NCBI RefSeq assembly: GCF_039654945.1
Contig: NW_027361780.1
Span: forward strand, 682,001 to 746,000
DNA length: 64,000 nt
DNA from: Dendrobates tinctorius
Lineage: Eukaryota
Direction of reading: 5' to 3'
The position numbers and the translations under genes are program-made. Shown piece after piece: positions 63,342 through 64,000 of the stretch (within the stretch, counting starts at the first letter, position 1; the number at the start of each line of letters is the position of its first letter). The notes under the pieces were generated by a model. That model did no database searches. It was not told the DNA's origin and saw only the letters and a program-made list of their open reading frames with translations.

Positions 63342-64000
63342 TAGTTTCCATCCTTATAAACCTTTCTCTCTCCTATGTTGAATTTGTTCATGGACAATTT
63401 CCTTCATGGTTTTTGGAGTAACTTCTGGAGGACCACAGTATTTGTCACGGTTTTCAGCATCGGATGTGCAATTCTCTAATGAACAGTCAATGAATAGTCA
63501 GTTATTTATTATATAATTATGTATTATTGTATATTTGCATCTTCTTTTCCAGAATACTGTGGAAAACAGCAGCTAGTGGTTTATTCTAAATATTAATATT
63601 TATGGCACACTGACAGTACTTTGCCAGTACTACATTATAATCAGGGGTGGATTAAGAGCAGCCATTGCAGTTTAGAAGGTTTGGCCCCCCGGTACTCGAT
63701 GTTTCACGTGCATGTCACATAATCCCCTTTGATAAATCATGTGTCATGTGAGCAACACATTGGTGCTCTGGTGCATATCTGTAGATGTAGATGGAAAAAG
63801 GCAGAGATAGACTTATCTCTGTCTCTCTTAGGGGAGCTGTGTATTGTCTATCAATCTGAAGATATGGGGATTAATCTGCAGATTGATAGCATTCTGAACC
63901 TGCTCGATGCCTGTACTTAGAGGAATGCTGTGGGGAGAAAATTAATTTTCTTCCCCCGCCTGCATTTATTCACGGGGGTGGCTCTGGCGTGGGTTCAGTC

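Overview
Eukaryotic vertebrate DNA; the repeat repertoire suggests an anuran (frog), which is an inference. The window is almost entirely nested transposable elements and I recognise no host gene. DNA transposons: two decayed PIF/Harbinger elements with convergent MADF and DDE transposase genes, an intact DD36E (Incomer-type) Tc1 element, several decayed Tc1 elements, a probable Chapaev3-like relic, many Harbinger-type MITEs (one a perfect 498-bp palindrome) and three pogo/Tc2-like MITEs with different minisatellites. Retroelements: an apparently intact full-length CR1 LINE, a fragmented RTE LINE, a Penelope element, short palindromic Penelope-derived inserts and six solo LTRs. There is also a 1294-bp tandem duplication. 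Best leads: (i) palindromic Penelope-type inserts with 12-17 bp target duplications, some carrying minimal hammerhead ribozymes on both strands; (ii) a U_UUA_AAC slippery site plus G-tracts at the CR1 ORF1/ORF2 junction; (iii) the intact DD36E transposon. Coordinates were read by eye and may be off by a few bases.
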